Shown: positions 1 to 28,266 of the stretch, piece by piece
Position numbering within the stretch: position 1 is the first letter of the stretch
Layout: the number at the start of each line of letters is the position of its first letter
Source: Podarcis liolepis
Taxonomy: Eukaryota
Length of the DNA stretch: 64,000 nucleotides
Direction: 5' to 3' (one strand)
Assembly: GCA_965112155.1 (NCBI GenBank)
Contig: OZ218098.1
The notes under the pieces: model-generated
The model's input: the letters and a program-made list of their open reading frames with translations, nothing else
Told to the model about the DNA's origin: nothing
Databases searched by the model: none
Position numbers and translations under genes: made by a program

Positions 1-235
1 TGACAACTGGAATAGACCACAGCAGCTCCCCCTCCTCGACCCTCAAGTCTGCCCTGATGCTGCACTGACTATCCAGGTGGGCACAGCTGCATGAGACCAA
101 CTCAGCTCTGCTCACCCACGCAGGTCACAGTCATACAGACCAGATCAGCCTCCTCATCCACAGTCAAATCATGTATAAATGAGATCTTACTCAGTTGACC
201 TGGCATTCAGCAACAGCAGCTGCAGACCCGAGGAC
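1..235 (-). mobile_element. Degenerate L2/CR1-clade LINE ORF2 fragment (N-terminus of AP endonuclease); continues off the left edge
   Basis: Minus-strand translation with stops and frameshifts gives LLLLNARS..KISFIHDLTVDEEADLVCMTVTC..QLCPPG*SVQHQGRLEGRGGGAAVVY. This matches the LINE APE motifs LNARS / DL(A)CITETW / RGGGVA. Confidence 0.75.
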
Positions 236-3126
236 TGACTGAGAGGACAACTCCCCTGGTTAGAAGAGGGGACTGGCACATGGCACAGTCACTAACTGCC
301 ACGTGTCTATTACCTAGCCTGTCTTGTCTCCCACAACCCCTACCCTGAACCACTGTGATTGCCCCCCGCCCCATTCTTCCCAACTAATCTCTACCCAGGC
401 ACATCCCATGTCTTTCAGTTAAAAGCAACAAAACCCCAAATTTAAACCAAGTTAGAAAGTAGTTGAAAACCATTTAAAACAACTTGAGTAATAAAAATAA
501 CAAGACCCACTAAGCAATACCCAACCCAAGAGCCCATTCAGATGTCTCAGCTTTTGTACTGCAGTTAGTCTGGGCCATACCCTCCTAGGCTTGGCAGAAG
601 AGGCCTGCAAGGCAGGGAGCAGGTCCCCCAAGACCCACAGCCAATATGGCCTTTGAAGGTATATTGCCTTCAAAGGCAGTTAATCCGACAGCCATTTTTC
701 CTCTACTGTAATGATACTTTTCCCCATTGCTAGGCAAGGACAGTCTGCTTTGGAAATGCATTGTGTGGGAGTTCAGAATTCTTTGAGATCAGTTTGCTTA
801 TCTGTAATGGCACTATACTATTTCATGTGGATTTTAGCTTATTTCAAAAAGTATGTGGGGGTTGACAGTGCAAAACTATCTATAAAAAGGGTTATTTTAG
901 AAGAAATAATATGGTCAAAAGATTTTTAAAAATCTTGTACAGTATGTTTAAATAACTCGAGTATGTTTGCACTTCTCTGCAGCTGTGAGTGAATAAATAG
1001 TTGAGCTTTGTGGTTCTCGTGAACTGGCTCTAATTAGCATACCAAGCAGATTTTGAGATGGATATACTCCTTTACGTGCCTTTCTAAACTGTTCTTAAAA
1101 TAAATACTTGTTGTAGTTTGTGGCTTCATTAACAATCTAGGGTGGCATGAGGGTCTGTAAAATTACATGTATTACAGATAACCCAGTTCAACAAACGTAA
1201 GAGATGGAAATACATACAAGATGTTTCTAGTTCTAACTAATAGGTGAGGGAAATGCCTTTCATGTAAACGACAGCACAAATGCTATTTTTACAACTCAAG
1301 TAACATAGCTTTGGAAAAAAACATAGTTCCCTCATGCATTTAAAGTATCAGATCGGAGACATCCAACGTAGACTGCAGGTTTGGAGCCTTAGTACTAATC
1401 TATAAATGCCTACTCAGAACCCTACATTCACCAACTGGAGCCGGGTGCAGATTTGTGGCAGGGTGGGGGACATACACTTAGAACTGAGCTACAGAGTGTA
1501 TCGAAGCACATTCTCAATCAAGGAAGTTGTTTTTAGTAGTAGAACTGAGCCATTACCCATAAAAATCCATTCCTAGTTTCTCCTCCTCCTCGCCCAAGAT
1601 TTCTTCACTTCAGCAAACAAATTTAAGGGGGTTCCTTTTTTGTTGCAGTTGTTTAAAGTGATGGGAGATTAAGCTTTTGTACTTATGCTGCCAGTCACCC
1701 ACATGTAAGGTAATAGATCCTCATCTATCTTCTGCCCACCTTGATATAAGGTGCTGCTTTCAGTTCTCTGCAATTTTCAGAGAACTCTGGGGATCTCTCT
1801 GCTTCTGTGCGCCCTGTTGTGCCAGAGGGACAGGGACAATTTCCCCCGGGGAGTAGATTTATGGAGGCTTAATCTGAAAAGACTTGTAAAGTCTGCTTTT
1901 CTAGTTTTTATCTCTGTGCGTTGCTAGACAGGTACACTCTGTATAATCCCTGCTGCTTTTTGGTTGAAATTACTGTTTGGTGTTTTGTTTTGTTTTAAGC
2001 ATGTATGCACGCTTCAGTTGGAGCTTAGAAAAAACTTGGCTTGAAAGCTCTTTAAAACAAAGTTCATTGCTCGTATTTAGAACTTCAAAAAAATATGCTG
2101 CTGTGCTCTTGTGTTCAGCTAGTGGAGTGAGAAGGCACTCAGCTTTTTAGGATAAGAAGCAAATTCTTTTGTGCATCATAGATCCGGAGGAAGAAGGACT
2201 TCTTTTGTGCATCATAAATCCAGTTTTGAATGTGTGCACAAACATAATCAGTATGAAAATAGTTTGGATCATAATATAAGTTAACTAAAGCAACTTTGCA
2301 GAAGCATATTTTCCTACCTGTTCTATCCTACCCTCATCAGCCTCCTTCAATTAACTTAACATTAGGCTGTTTAGGATCCAAGCTGTTGTTGTTGTCTTGA
2401 ATGATCTCACTGTGTTCAAATATTATGTTTGTTTAGTGTTATGCAAAAACAAGTGAAAGTTTTATAAATAAATAAAGGATTCTCCTAAGTTATATCCTAT
2501 TATCAGTTGTCAAATTCAGAAGATTCAGTTTTGGTTATAATCAAATATATTGTGGTGTTCAGATTTTGTGCACTTTAACAGTAGCCTATTATAATCATTA
2601 AAAATATGCTTATATACCACTATGCAGCTGTGGTGTCTTGCTTCCAGAATGGACTTCAGCTCACACAAACTTCTTCACCCTGCAGCCATCAGCAACCCCC
2701 CAACCAACATTTTGCTGGCACAATATTGGTTTCCACCCTTTGTCTCTTACCCAGTGTACTGTACCAACTCTATAGCACTGTGTACTTTTTGGGCCTTTTG
2801 TTGAATTCCTGGTTCTCATTTTTTTGATAGGGTCCCCCCCCCAACTTTTAATATGGATTTTTACTTTTTCCATTGTATTTTTCATAATTGTAAATTAATT
2901 ATGTTATACATTGTCAGTATTGAAGAATCTTAACTTTGATAGACTTTTATGGTACAATTTCCAAACCACAGTTTTTGACAAACAGCATCTAGTCTATGTA
3001 TCTTATGTAGAAGCCAATTTCTTAAGTTGGCTAGCTTGTTTTTGCTTATTAGGAAAATCTGTGTGTGTGTGTGTGTTAAAGACTATTTGGACTGCTGGGC
3101 GGGGGTAACACCATTAGTATTACCAT

Positions 3127-4289
3127 TTTTTGATGGAATTAAAAACTTGGTGTATCAGAGAAATGCTGTGGACATAGTGTATCTTGATTTCAGTAAGGCT
3201 TTTGAAAAAGTCCCCCATGGTATTCTTGTGAGAAAGCTGGTAAAATGTGGGTTGAACAAGGTAACTGTTAGGTGGATTTATAGCTGGTTGACTGACCAGA
3301 CCCAAAGAGAACTCATTAATGGTTCCTCGTCATCCTGGAAAAAAGTGAAAAGTGGGGTGCTGCAGCGTTCTGTCCTGGGTCTGTTGTTCAACTCAGATGA
3401 AGGAATTGAGGGGATGCTCATCAAATTTGCTGATGACACTAAACTGGGAAGGGTAGCTAAAGCTGCAGAAGACAGAATCAGAATTCAAAATGACCTTAAC
3501 AGATTGGAGAACTGAGCACAAGCTAACAAAATGAATTTCAGTAGGGACAGATGTAACTTAGGACGGAAGAACCAGATGCACTAATATAGGAAGGGGGACA
3601 CCTGGCTTACTAGCAGTACATGTGAAAAGGATCTAGGGGCCTTCGTGGACCACAAGCTTAACATGGGTCAACAGTGTGATGCAGCAGCAAAAAAAGCTAA
3701 TGCTGTTCTGGACTGCATCAACAGAAGTATAGTGTCCAGATCAAGGGAAGTAATAGTACCACTGTGTTCTGCCTTAGTCAGACCACACTTGGAATACTGC
3801 GTCCAGTTCTGGGCACCACAATTTAAGAAGGATGTTGACAAGCTGGAACATGTGCAGACGAGGGCAACCAAGATGATCAAGGGTCTAGGAACTAAACCTT
3901 ATGAGGAACACTTGAAGGAGCTGGGTATGTTTAGCCTGAAAAAGAGACTAAGAGGAGATATGATAGCCATGTTCAAATAGCTTAAGGGCTGTCACATGAA
4001 GGGGGATCATACTTGTTTTCTCCTGCTCAGGAAGGTAGGACTCGAACCAGTGGCTTCAAGTTGCATGAAAGGAGATTCTGACTAAACATTCTGAAAAACT
4101 TTCTGACACTAAGAGCTGTTCATCAGTGGAACAGACTCCCACAAGAGGTGGTGGACTCTCCTTCCTTCAAGGTTTTTAAACAGAGGTTGGATGGCCATCT
4201 GTCAAGGATGCTTTACCTGAGATTTCTGCATTGCAGGGGGTTGGACTAGATGACCCTTGGTGTCCCTTCCAACTCTAAGATTCTATGAT
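3127..4289 (+). mobile_element. 5'-truncated CR1 LINE (RT C-terminal part and 3' UTR), disrupted
   Basis: ORFs 3027-3515 and 3645-3980 contain [36 protein letters not shown] and RLRGDMI. The 3' end has the CR1 'tccaactcta..ttctatgat' tail. Confidence 0.95.
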
Positions 4290-6784
4290 AGCTGTGACCT
4301 ATAATCTGTTTTTCTGCCTTGTGTGTAAAACCAATTGAGTGTGCATTTCATTCTGGTTCTCAAGCATAAATACAAGTTTCCCTGCTGCATACTGATTAAA
4401 TGTCTGTGCAGTATCGTACAGAGGTTTTACAAGTTACTTCTGTCCTCTCTCTGAAACTGAACTGAGAGGTGAGTAACATGAAACAAAGGATGAAAGTGTT
4501 TGTAAAGTAAACTTTTCTGCAGAGCAAATGATTATATAAAGCAATTTGGACTTGTTATTTATATAACCTAAGGTGATAATTTTGGTATACTGTGTAACTA
4601 AGATAAGACTCTTATTTTACAAGTTTGTAACCAGAATAGGTCTTTCCTTGCATAACTTTACAATATATTTTAAAAAATAAATGTTCATTTTATTTTAATT
4701 TGATAGACATTTTTCTTCATCTTTATTCTTAACATTAGTTTCTAGTCAAGCATTTGCATATTGTAGGACAGTATTCTTCATTAGCTGAATCATCAGAAAA
4801 CAAGATGTTCTAGATCCAGCTGTTTGGCAGGCAGTAAAGGGTGATACGGAGTTAATGCAGGACAATTTGTTAGTGGTCTGTTTCCAAGAATGATTCAAAG
4901 TGGTGATTTTAACTTTTAAAGCCCAAGGAGCTTGAGGCCTGGATATCTTAAGTACCAACCCCCCCCCCCCAAGCCTCCCCATGCATTAAGATCTGTCTTG
5001 GAGGCTCTTCTCTGGATACCATAGGTAAGAGAGATGGTGACTGGAGATATGGCCATTTCAGTAGTGCTGTCCTGACTTTTGATTTTGTCCTTGGTGAAGG
5101 TTTATTTAGCACAGGAAAAACTCCTTTCCTGGTTATGATGTTTGCAGTTCTTGCATTATGTCTTATTTTGTTATAGTGTTCTAAACTGATTTTATTGCTT
5201 GCAAATTTTAACTGGTTTTGTAAATGAGTTGCTCTGGGAATTCTCTGGATTAAAAAATACATATGTTCAGATAAACTTTAGTTTTTCAGACACTTTTCTA
5301 GGGACAATGAAAGGCATACTAGTAATGGATGAGGAATTCATTACTATGCTGCTGGTGTTATAGTTGGTCATAGTGTCAATGTTAGCTGCCAGGGGGAAGT
5401 TGAGGAAAATCACTTGCAAAAATGTTTCCTTTTAAAGGCAAGAATGCTTTTTCCATTACAGAATCCACAACATATTGAGTTGTCTTTGTATGTTACTTGG
5501 GGTTTTTTCATGCTCAGCTGTGATATTCTTGATACTCTTGAAGGAGCCCTAAACGAGTCTTTGTAGGACAGCAGTATTCCTCCTCTTGAAACTTCTTCAG
5601 TGCATTTCAGCTCCTACCAGCTGCATTTAATCTTGCTGCGGTCCGGAGGCAGAAGTAGGAGCTTCTGCTTCTGCTAATTAAATTTTATGTTAACTCCTAC
5701 ACTTCAAAGATGTTATCTTGGAGAACATGAGTAGCTCTCTGCCATATTACAAAACTGTAGCCCAAGGCCTATATATCCCTGGAAACGATGCTATTTATGA
5801 AGACATGTATTTGAGTTGAGAACTCTAGGGTAGGGTTGCCATATTTCAGAAAGTAAAAACCAGGGCACCGAAGGTTGTTGAGCTTGCCTGTTACGGTTGT
5901 CTTTTGTTAGAATCCCTAACATGTTAGCTCAATTAGTATAGCAAAAGACTGGTACAGTGTTAAAGTAGGCTTTACCTATGATATACAGTTTTAGAACTCT
6001 TTGCATTGTGGAATATTAAATAAGCACAGTTTTCTACCTTTCCTTTATGTAAGAATCTTGCTCATGTGGCTACTTCAACCCTTGTTTCTAAATTTACTCT
6101 GTAATCAGAATCTTGAATTTCATAAATGTTGGTATGTGGGCATGTCAATGAGCAGGAGTATTGCAGACTAAAGTTTCATATGAAAAAAGGGGTTGAAATT
6201 CTGGTGCACATTTGTTTGCATAATTTTCACAAAAGTAAACATAAATTGTAATCCTTCATTGTATTCCCCCCCCCTTCATAGTAAACACTGTCCCCAAATT
6301 GCAGCCACTTACCATTTACAGATTCCTTTCTATAAATAAATGAAAATGGTTGGGGCAAAAAAAAAACTACAGTACCAAGTAAACCAACTGAATATTACAA
6401 ATGGGAGAACTGACCCAGAGAAGTAAGTAGCTACTTTCCTTTTGAAATATACCACACATAGCTTTATTTTGGGGACATTTTACTACCTCAAGAAGTATTT
6501 GAATTTGGCTTCGGGTAGAAAAATACCCCCTAAAGTTTTCTTACATTACTTTCTTAGTTTTTGTTTACCATGTTGGGGTAAAAAGAGCAAATTTATTGAA
6601 ACAAGCAGATTATAGTACTCTGCTCCTGTTGCAAAACACATGTACCTTTTTTTGAGACCCAAGCTACATTGTAGGCACACTTTGTTAGAAAATACTCCAC
6701 AAAATTTTGTATCTGGGTTTTTTATTGGATGACTTATAAAAATTCATCTCATTTTTCTTTCTTCCAATCCTAAAGAGGCATAGC

Positions 6785-6920
6785 CAGTGCTTTTTCTCTG
6801 GGAGTACGCATACCCTTAAACATTTTGTGAATCTACGTTTGGCCTCATTGAGGGGCAGTATTTCAATATGAGTAGGGAAATGAGAGTACCCTTAAACATT
6901 TTTTTAGAAAAAAAGTACTG
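6785..6920. mobile_element. Non-autonomous hAT-type MITE
   Basis: Termini CAGTGCTTTTTT...AAAAAAGTACTG; flanking 8-mers GGCATAGC (6777-6784) and GGGATAGC (6921-6928) match at 7/8. Confidence 0.7.
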
Positions 6921-7435
6921 GGGATAGCTAACAGTCACTAGCCACGGTTAGATAAATAGTAAAATCGACTAAACTTTGTTTTTAGCAGTTAAGGTTGCTA
7001 TACGTCCAGACTTTCCTGGACATACCCGGAATACTACAGTTGGAAGCAGTGTCCGGGTGGAAATCAGCAACATGTCCAGGAAAATCCAGATGTATGGCAA
7101 CCCATGTCAGCAGAGTCATTTTTGACGTATTCCTTTAAAAATAGTTCGAAAATATAAAATATTTTTGTGATCTTGCTCAAAAAGCTCAACCCTGCTTTAG
7201 CTCTTCAAATTCTCAAATCAGGTATTTCCCTGTTTCATTGATGTCCTTTTTACCTGGGGCTTGGGAGTCCTAATCAGAGTGGTGTCAATTTTCACAATAT
7301 TTATTATTAAGAATTTCCATTTCAGATGTCTAAAAGAGTCAGTTTTGCATTGGTTGTACATGTCTCATAATGCACCCAGTTCTTCCTGGCAGCTTATGTT
7401 GAAGTGGGGTTACAAAGTAGATAGGGGGATACTAG

Positions 7436-22553
<15,118 letters not shown>

Positions 22554-24292
22554 ACCATCTGCTCACTTTCCATCTTCATTGTTACCCTTACTTTTGATTT
22601 GCCAAGCCCAGGGATTTAGGTAGAGGAAGAATTTCCTGAGAAAGCATCCTGTCTGAGAGATTGTGTTCCCATTTTGTTGGTGGTGGTTGTTGGACATTTG
22701 CACATTTTGTTTTTACATATGTTCTATAGAAATCTCAGCCATTTTTATTAATATATCAGTTCTGTCATGTATGGCTGCATTGGTTTGAGAGGTGGAGTTG
22801 GAGCATCTATGCTGCTTTTTTTCCTTTCCCCATTTGGGAAAACAAACACACACAAGCTTATTCACCTAGTTTTGACACTATGCATTCTGTTGTCATAAGA
22901 GATAGAGTATAGGTTGAGTGATCACAGCAGACTACTGTTCAACAGGGGTTTTTCTTAAAAGTTCCCTCCTTCTGTCAAAATAATATTTGTCTGAAAAGTG
23001 ATTACACAGTGCCCTTCAGCAGGTTCAGCAATTTATAACAATTCTTAGTATAGACAAACTGGCTTTCCTGTAACTTTTGTGATCTTTCTAATGAGAGATT
23101 CCATTGCTCAACCTATTAATCGGGCACCAATGCAATATATTTGTTGAGTTTTGTTTGTTTAGAGATAGCTACTCTTGTCGGATGTGCTGCTGTGCATCTG
23201 AAATCTGAAGTTAATTGTTTCTTGGGCCACAGTAGCAAAGACTGGAGGAACAGGGTTATTTCCTAATATGCTATTGTGTTTACTTGCACTGTCCTTGCTT
23301 CTACATTTGTGAGACATTCAAAAAGATAAAGATGAGAAGATTTTATACTTGGGAAAATTTGGCATCACATTTTAATAAATGTCCTTATGATCAGTTACCA
23401 TAAAATAATAATAATGCTTTAAAAGAAATTTTCATTTTTCATCCATAATCATTTGTTATGGATGAAATATTCTATTTTTCCATTTTGGAAAAAAAATCAA
23501 GGCATAATACCAGTACGATATACACAGTCATTACTCATTGAGTACCAGTTGGCCTTAATTCCATCAAAACTGAGGCATGTGAAAAAATCCATTGTCACAA
23601 ATGAGGCAAACCAAATTTAAAATACAGTCCCAGTATGTTGGAAGAGGGGAATTGTACATATTCATTGTGTATTGTTAGACCTGCAGAACTTTAGAAGAGG
23701 ACAATTTTTTTCTGTTTAATCAGTTCCTTTCTTGTTTGGCAAAAAAGCAAAGTAATGCACTTTAATATGCACATTTTTTCTAAATGTGCTGTTTGGCTTA
23801 TTGATGGGTTTAAAACATTTTAATTACTTTCTGTAATTGCCAGCCATACTTTGTACTTTCTCAAGTGTTTGAACACAGTTCAGACTCTCACATTGGTTGT
23901 GACTTTTATCACTTTGGAAAAAAAGTGTGCATGTTTTTGCCCCCCCCCCCCGCCCAAATTCTTGCTCCGCTCCTGCAAGCATTCAAAAAATTGTCCATTA
24001 GAATACTTCATCATATCATCATAAGTACTCCTGGCACAGTCAGCTTATAGTTCAAATATTTATTTTTTTAATGATTAAAATATAGGGGAGGAAATGATTT
24101 TTAAATACAGTACCAAAAATTTGTGTGTTTTCTTTCTGTTTGTTGCTTAAAACGTATGTATCCTTCCATCTAGCTAGCAGACTTGCATCTGTGAGCATTT
24201 ATTCCCTCCTCCGCCTTCCTATCCTTCTGTTGCTTTTTAAATACATGAATATAATCTGCTGCAATGTGTGTATTTTACAACATCCTCTAGAT

Positions 24293-24403
24293 CAGTCTTT
24301 AACAACTTGATGCCCTCCAGCTGCTTTGTATAACTCCCAGCCAGCATGGCTTTGGGCAGTTGTAGTCCAAAACATCTGAAGGGCACCAGACTGGCAAGGG
24401 CTG
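24293..24403. mobile_element. Degenerate palindromic hAT MITE inside the probable TOLLIP 3' UTR
   Basis: CAG...CTG termini, same family motifs as 14901 (GTTGTAGTCCAAAACATCTG); TSD CTCTAGAT / CTCTAGAC. Confidence 0.7.
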
Positions 24404-25703
24404 CTCTAGACCGAAGAAGCTTGTGTGTCCATCAGAAAATTAGCTTGGATACTTTCTTCATATTTTACAATACTTTCAGATCAAACTTTTATCTAATGGC
24501 ATACATTGTCAGTAGCATCATAGTACAGGTAAGTCTTGTGGTATTTGTGAACTAATATATTTTGAGAACTCAGACGTACTCAGCGGAAAGCCTGGAATAA
24601 CAATTTGATGTTTGGGAAAATCTGCTGTAGCATTATACCCATTGAATAAAATGGACTGTGTAGTTCTAAAAAACAACATCCAAGTACTTAAATAGAATTA
24701 TTATTAAGATTATTCTGGAGATAGTTTTAAAGGGTTTCTTTTAATTTAGGGAAGATCCTGAATTGTAAACGCAGTGAAAACAGTTGAGAATGCACTTTCA
24801 CAATAAAGACATAAATAGGAATGGGAGTGTTATGACTAAATTCAGTTTCTGGAAGGTACAAGGATATGAGACCTTTGAAAAGTCTGGGAAGCTTTATTAG
24901 TGGTTGTTAAGCTGCATTTTTAAACAAAAGTGCAGAGAGAGCCATCAAAGAACATGGGTAGTAAATATGATAGATTGCTATTAACATGTTCCTCTATCAT
25001 GAAGAAAACAATGACAACACACAGTCCTGTATTAAATTAATGTCCTGCATTCAATGACTACTACGTATCATTAAAGTTGAAAGGGGTAATTGCAAGCATG
25101 GCTACAGTTATATGCATATCTTTTCTTGATAACTACCGGGATTTCCCCCGATCCTTCAAACATGTGTTTGGAAGTAATCCCTGTGGATTTTAATGAAATT
25201 TGCCTTCAGATCAATGGGAATAAGATTGGGGTGCAAGTTGCTGATGTGTGAACTGAAATGCACTAGTCACCTGTTAAGTAAAAGAAATGCTGTGCAACGC
25301 ACAATTCTCAGTACAATTTCTCATATGCTCCGTTTAAATGAACAGCATGTTCAGCTTTGTGCATCTGGCACAGCATTCCTCCACAGCCGGAAGAACTCTG
25401 CTGAAGACTGAACTGGTATTCGCACTAGCTTCAAACCTGCCAAGGACCTGTGAGTGGGTTAAATACAGGAATATTTTTGTCTAGCTAGATGCTTGCCACC
25501 TTCTTCTCTACTGCTGTGTGAGTGTGTGCTGATGGTTCCAAGTGTTTCCCTTTGCAGATATTATTGCTTGTGTTGACTGACCTGTAATACTGTATAGAGG
25601 ATGTTTTGCTGTAATAATTCTGAAGACATTGTTTTTTACTGTATTGAGGTTCAGATGTTTGTCTCTTGCATTGTAAAATATTTTATCCCATTCTATCTAA
25701 TTT

Positions 25704-25709
25704 AATAAA
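25704..25709 (+). terminator. TOLLIP: Probable distal poly(A) signal of TOLLIP
   Basis: AATAAA with upstream TGTA motifs and a GT/T-rich element about 20 nt downstream (GTGTTTGTTTTT). Other AATAAA hexamers occur at 23374, 24645 and 24802. Confidence 0.6.
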
Positions 25710-26073
25710 TGTGTACCAAACCATGGGAAAGTGTTTGTTTTTAATAGGCGACATTATGTTCCAGAGGCAAGGAATTATATTAAATGAAATGTAGACAATT
25801 TTTAAATCCAGCTATTACTCACTGAAGCTAATAGGACTAACCTAAGTCTGTTGCTACATTGAGTAAAACAGAATCCCAAATATTGTGGGCCACAGAGGCT
25901 TTCCTGGTATTTGTTTATACTTAGTGGAATATCCATACTGCAAGAATAGTTAGTTTGAAGGAGAGTGAATCATTTAAGAATCTGTGTGGTGAAGTGGCTG
26001 GTGGGTGTTGCAGATGAACCCAGGAGATAGAGGTTTGAGCCCATTCTTCCTTTCAGTCACACTGTTCTTCACT

Positions 26074-26217
26074 TACAGATAGGTAGCCGTGTTGGTCTGC
26101 CATAGTCAAAATAAGCTTTCTGTGTATCTGAAGAAGTGTGCATGCACACGAAAGCTTATACCAAGAACTAACTTAGTTGGTCTTTAAGGTGCTACAGGAA
26201 GGAATTTTTTTATTTTG
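26074..26217 (+). mobile_element. Penelope-like element (PLE) terminal fragment with a partly inverted copy
   Basis: Contains CTGAAGAAG..CACGAAAGCTTATAC..GTTGGTCTTTAAGGTGCTAC, resembling reptile PLE pseudo-LTRs. The 5' part (AGTCAAAATAA) is an inverted copy of the 3' end (TTATTTTGACT). Flanked by the 13-bp direct repeat ACTGTTCTTCACT (26061-26073 and 26218-26230). Confidence 0.75.
26124..26161 (+). ncRNA. Minimal type-I hammerhead ribozyme motif (PLE-associated)
   Basis: Stem I GTAT/ATAC; core CTGAAGA; stem II GTGTGC/GCACAC; GAAA; palindromic mini stem III (AGCT); NUH triplet CTT. Confidence 0.7.
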
Positions 26218-27897
26218 ACTGTTCTTCACTGTTCTTGTGAAGTCATATTTTCTCCCTCAGTTCCTTGGTTAATACAACAGGAATAAGAGGGATTTGCCAC
26301 ACAGGGTAGTTTTGTGGGGCAAATAAAATGAAGTTAAATTGCAGCACTCAGGAAAGGGGTATTTTATAAAATTAAACTTTTATTACTACTGTCTAGTAGT
26401 GATTATGCAATTTAATATAATTTTTAGGCTGCATGTGCCTGTGTTACAACCCTTAACACTTTATACATTACCTCTCTGCTGATGATGAGCTGGAGTGTCT
26501 TACAGCACTGTTTGTATATCATTGTTTGTGATACTCCACTCAAATGATCTCGTTTGGGGAATAGTGTGTCCTAAGTGCAATTGTGTGCAAATGTGGAAAA
26601 GTGGATGAAATAGACAGATTTATGACTGCAGTGCTAAGCATGCATAATTGGGAAGATAATGCATTGAAATTAATTGTACATATCTGAAAAGGGATGATTA
26701 GTACTGGACTACATGATGAATTTACTCCATAAAAGGTTGCCTATCCAGATATTGCTGAAACATTGGTTTTATTTTTTCAGTTATAGTCTATATGTTGGTA
26801 GGATATCCGATGAAATCAGAGTTGTTTTAAATTAACACCTCCAGGCATTTTCAGTAGTACATTAATTTAAATACCTGTTTCCCGGAAAAGCAATTTTAAC
26901 AATGGCTTTTAATATATATATAATAAAATCAAAGAGCAAATTGCATGAGTAACATCTGTCACATCTCAATTTTTGAACAGTTCGCACAATCGGGCATGTC
27001 TTTATTGCAAGATTGTATACTCAGGTACCAAACCACATGGTGAAACTAGTGTGAGCAGTTATATGGAGACATCCTCAGTCATCTGACATGCACTTTGTTT
27101 TGCTCCTGAGCTTTGAGAAGCAAACAACACCTCAAGTTGTCCTTGTGCACTTACTGCTTCAGGCAAGCCTTTGGTGGTAATTACATTAGTAATTCAGTTT
27201 AATTGAGTTGTGTAGATGGCTCTTAGCAGAGCTTCATGATGGTAAAATATTTGAAACTACCTATGCCACATTATAATCTAAGAGCCCTATAGAGCTTCCT
27301 TGGTAGTGATTACAAGCTCGCTACATGGGAAGAAAATTATATCTCCCCTCCCTCATGTGCTAGTCTCCCAAAGCATATTGTTTTGCTCTAATCAAGCCTG
27401 AAGTGTTTCCAGTAAATGATACAATATCCTGTCAAGATTAATAGCGGCGCAATGCAAATGATGCTTAAATGGCTTTCTGGTATTCTCTGGGCCAGAAGAG
27501 TTTGCCATCTTTTGAAGCAAAATAATATGGTGAGGAGGAAGAGGAAAGGAGCTACTTTCTGAAGGGAGTCCATTATACTTTTTTTTTTTTTTACTTTTAG
27601 GTAATCAATAGTGGCTTGTTTTTCCTTCAATAACAAGTCCCAAAAATGAGAAGGGGGAAAATTGAATGGACAGAATTCAGCACAGAATCTGGAAATAACA
27701 GAAGAGGTTCTGTTATGGATCAGCAATTGTTTTAAGTAGCAGTATTCAAAGTTTTGGAAATAAATTGATCTCTAACTATAAGGATGTGGAAAGTAGAGCT
27801 CCCCAAGGATTAGTATTGGGATCTTTGCTTTGGTAATAGGCTTATAAACAATATAGAGTTAGTAGGGGTGAGCAGTGTGGAGAGGAGAGGAGAGGTA

Positions 27898-28266
27898 GGG
27901 ACGCAGGTGGCACTGTGGGTAAAACCTCAGTGCCTAGGACCTGCTGATCGTAAGGTCGGCGGTTCGAATCCCCACAGCGGGGTGAGCTCCCGTCGTTCGG
28001 TCCCAGCTCCTGCCCACCTAGCAGTTCAAAAGCACCCCTAAGTGCAAGTAGATAAATAGGTACCGCTTTATAGCGGGAAGGTAAACGGCGTTTCCGTGTG
28101 CGGCGCTGGTGCTGGCTCGCCAGCTGCTGCTTCGTCACACTGGCCACATGACCCGGAAGTGTCTCCGGACGGCGCCGGCTCCCGGCCTCTTGAGCGAGAT
28201 GAGCACGCAACCCTAGAGTCGGACACGACTGGCCCGTACGGGCAGGGGTAGCTTTACCTTTACCTT
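27898..28266 (+). mobile_element. Full-length Sauria SINE
   Basis: tRNA-like head with box A (TGGCACTGTGG) and box B (GGTTCGAATCC, 27961-27971); Bov-B-like GAGTCGGACACGACT near the 3' end; (ACCTTT)n tail; 18-bp TSD TAGGGGTGAGCAGTGTGG (27863-27880 and 28267-28284). Confidence 0.92.

Noticed and set aside
3027-3980. Reverse-transcriptase ORFs as part of a novel RT system
   Set aside because: Standard truncated CR1 LINE with stops and deletions.
27898-27975. tRNA-like sequence with A and B boxes
   Set aside because: It is the head of the Sauria SINE, not a tRNA gene. The same applies to about 50460-50530.
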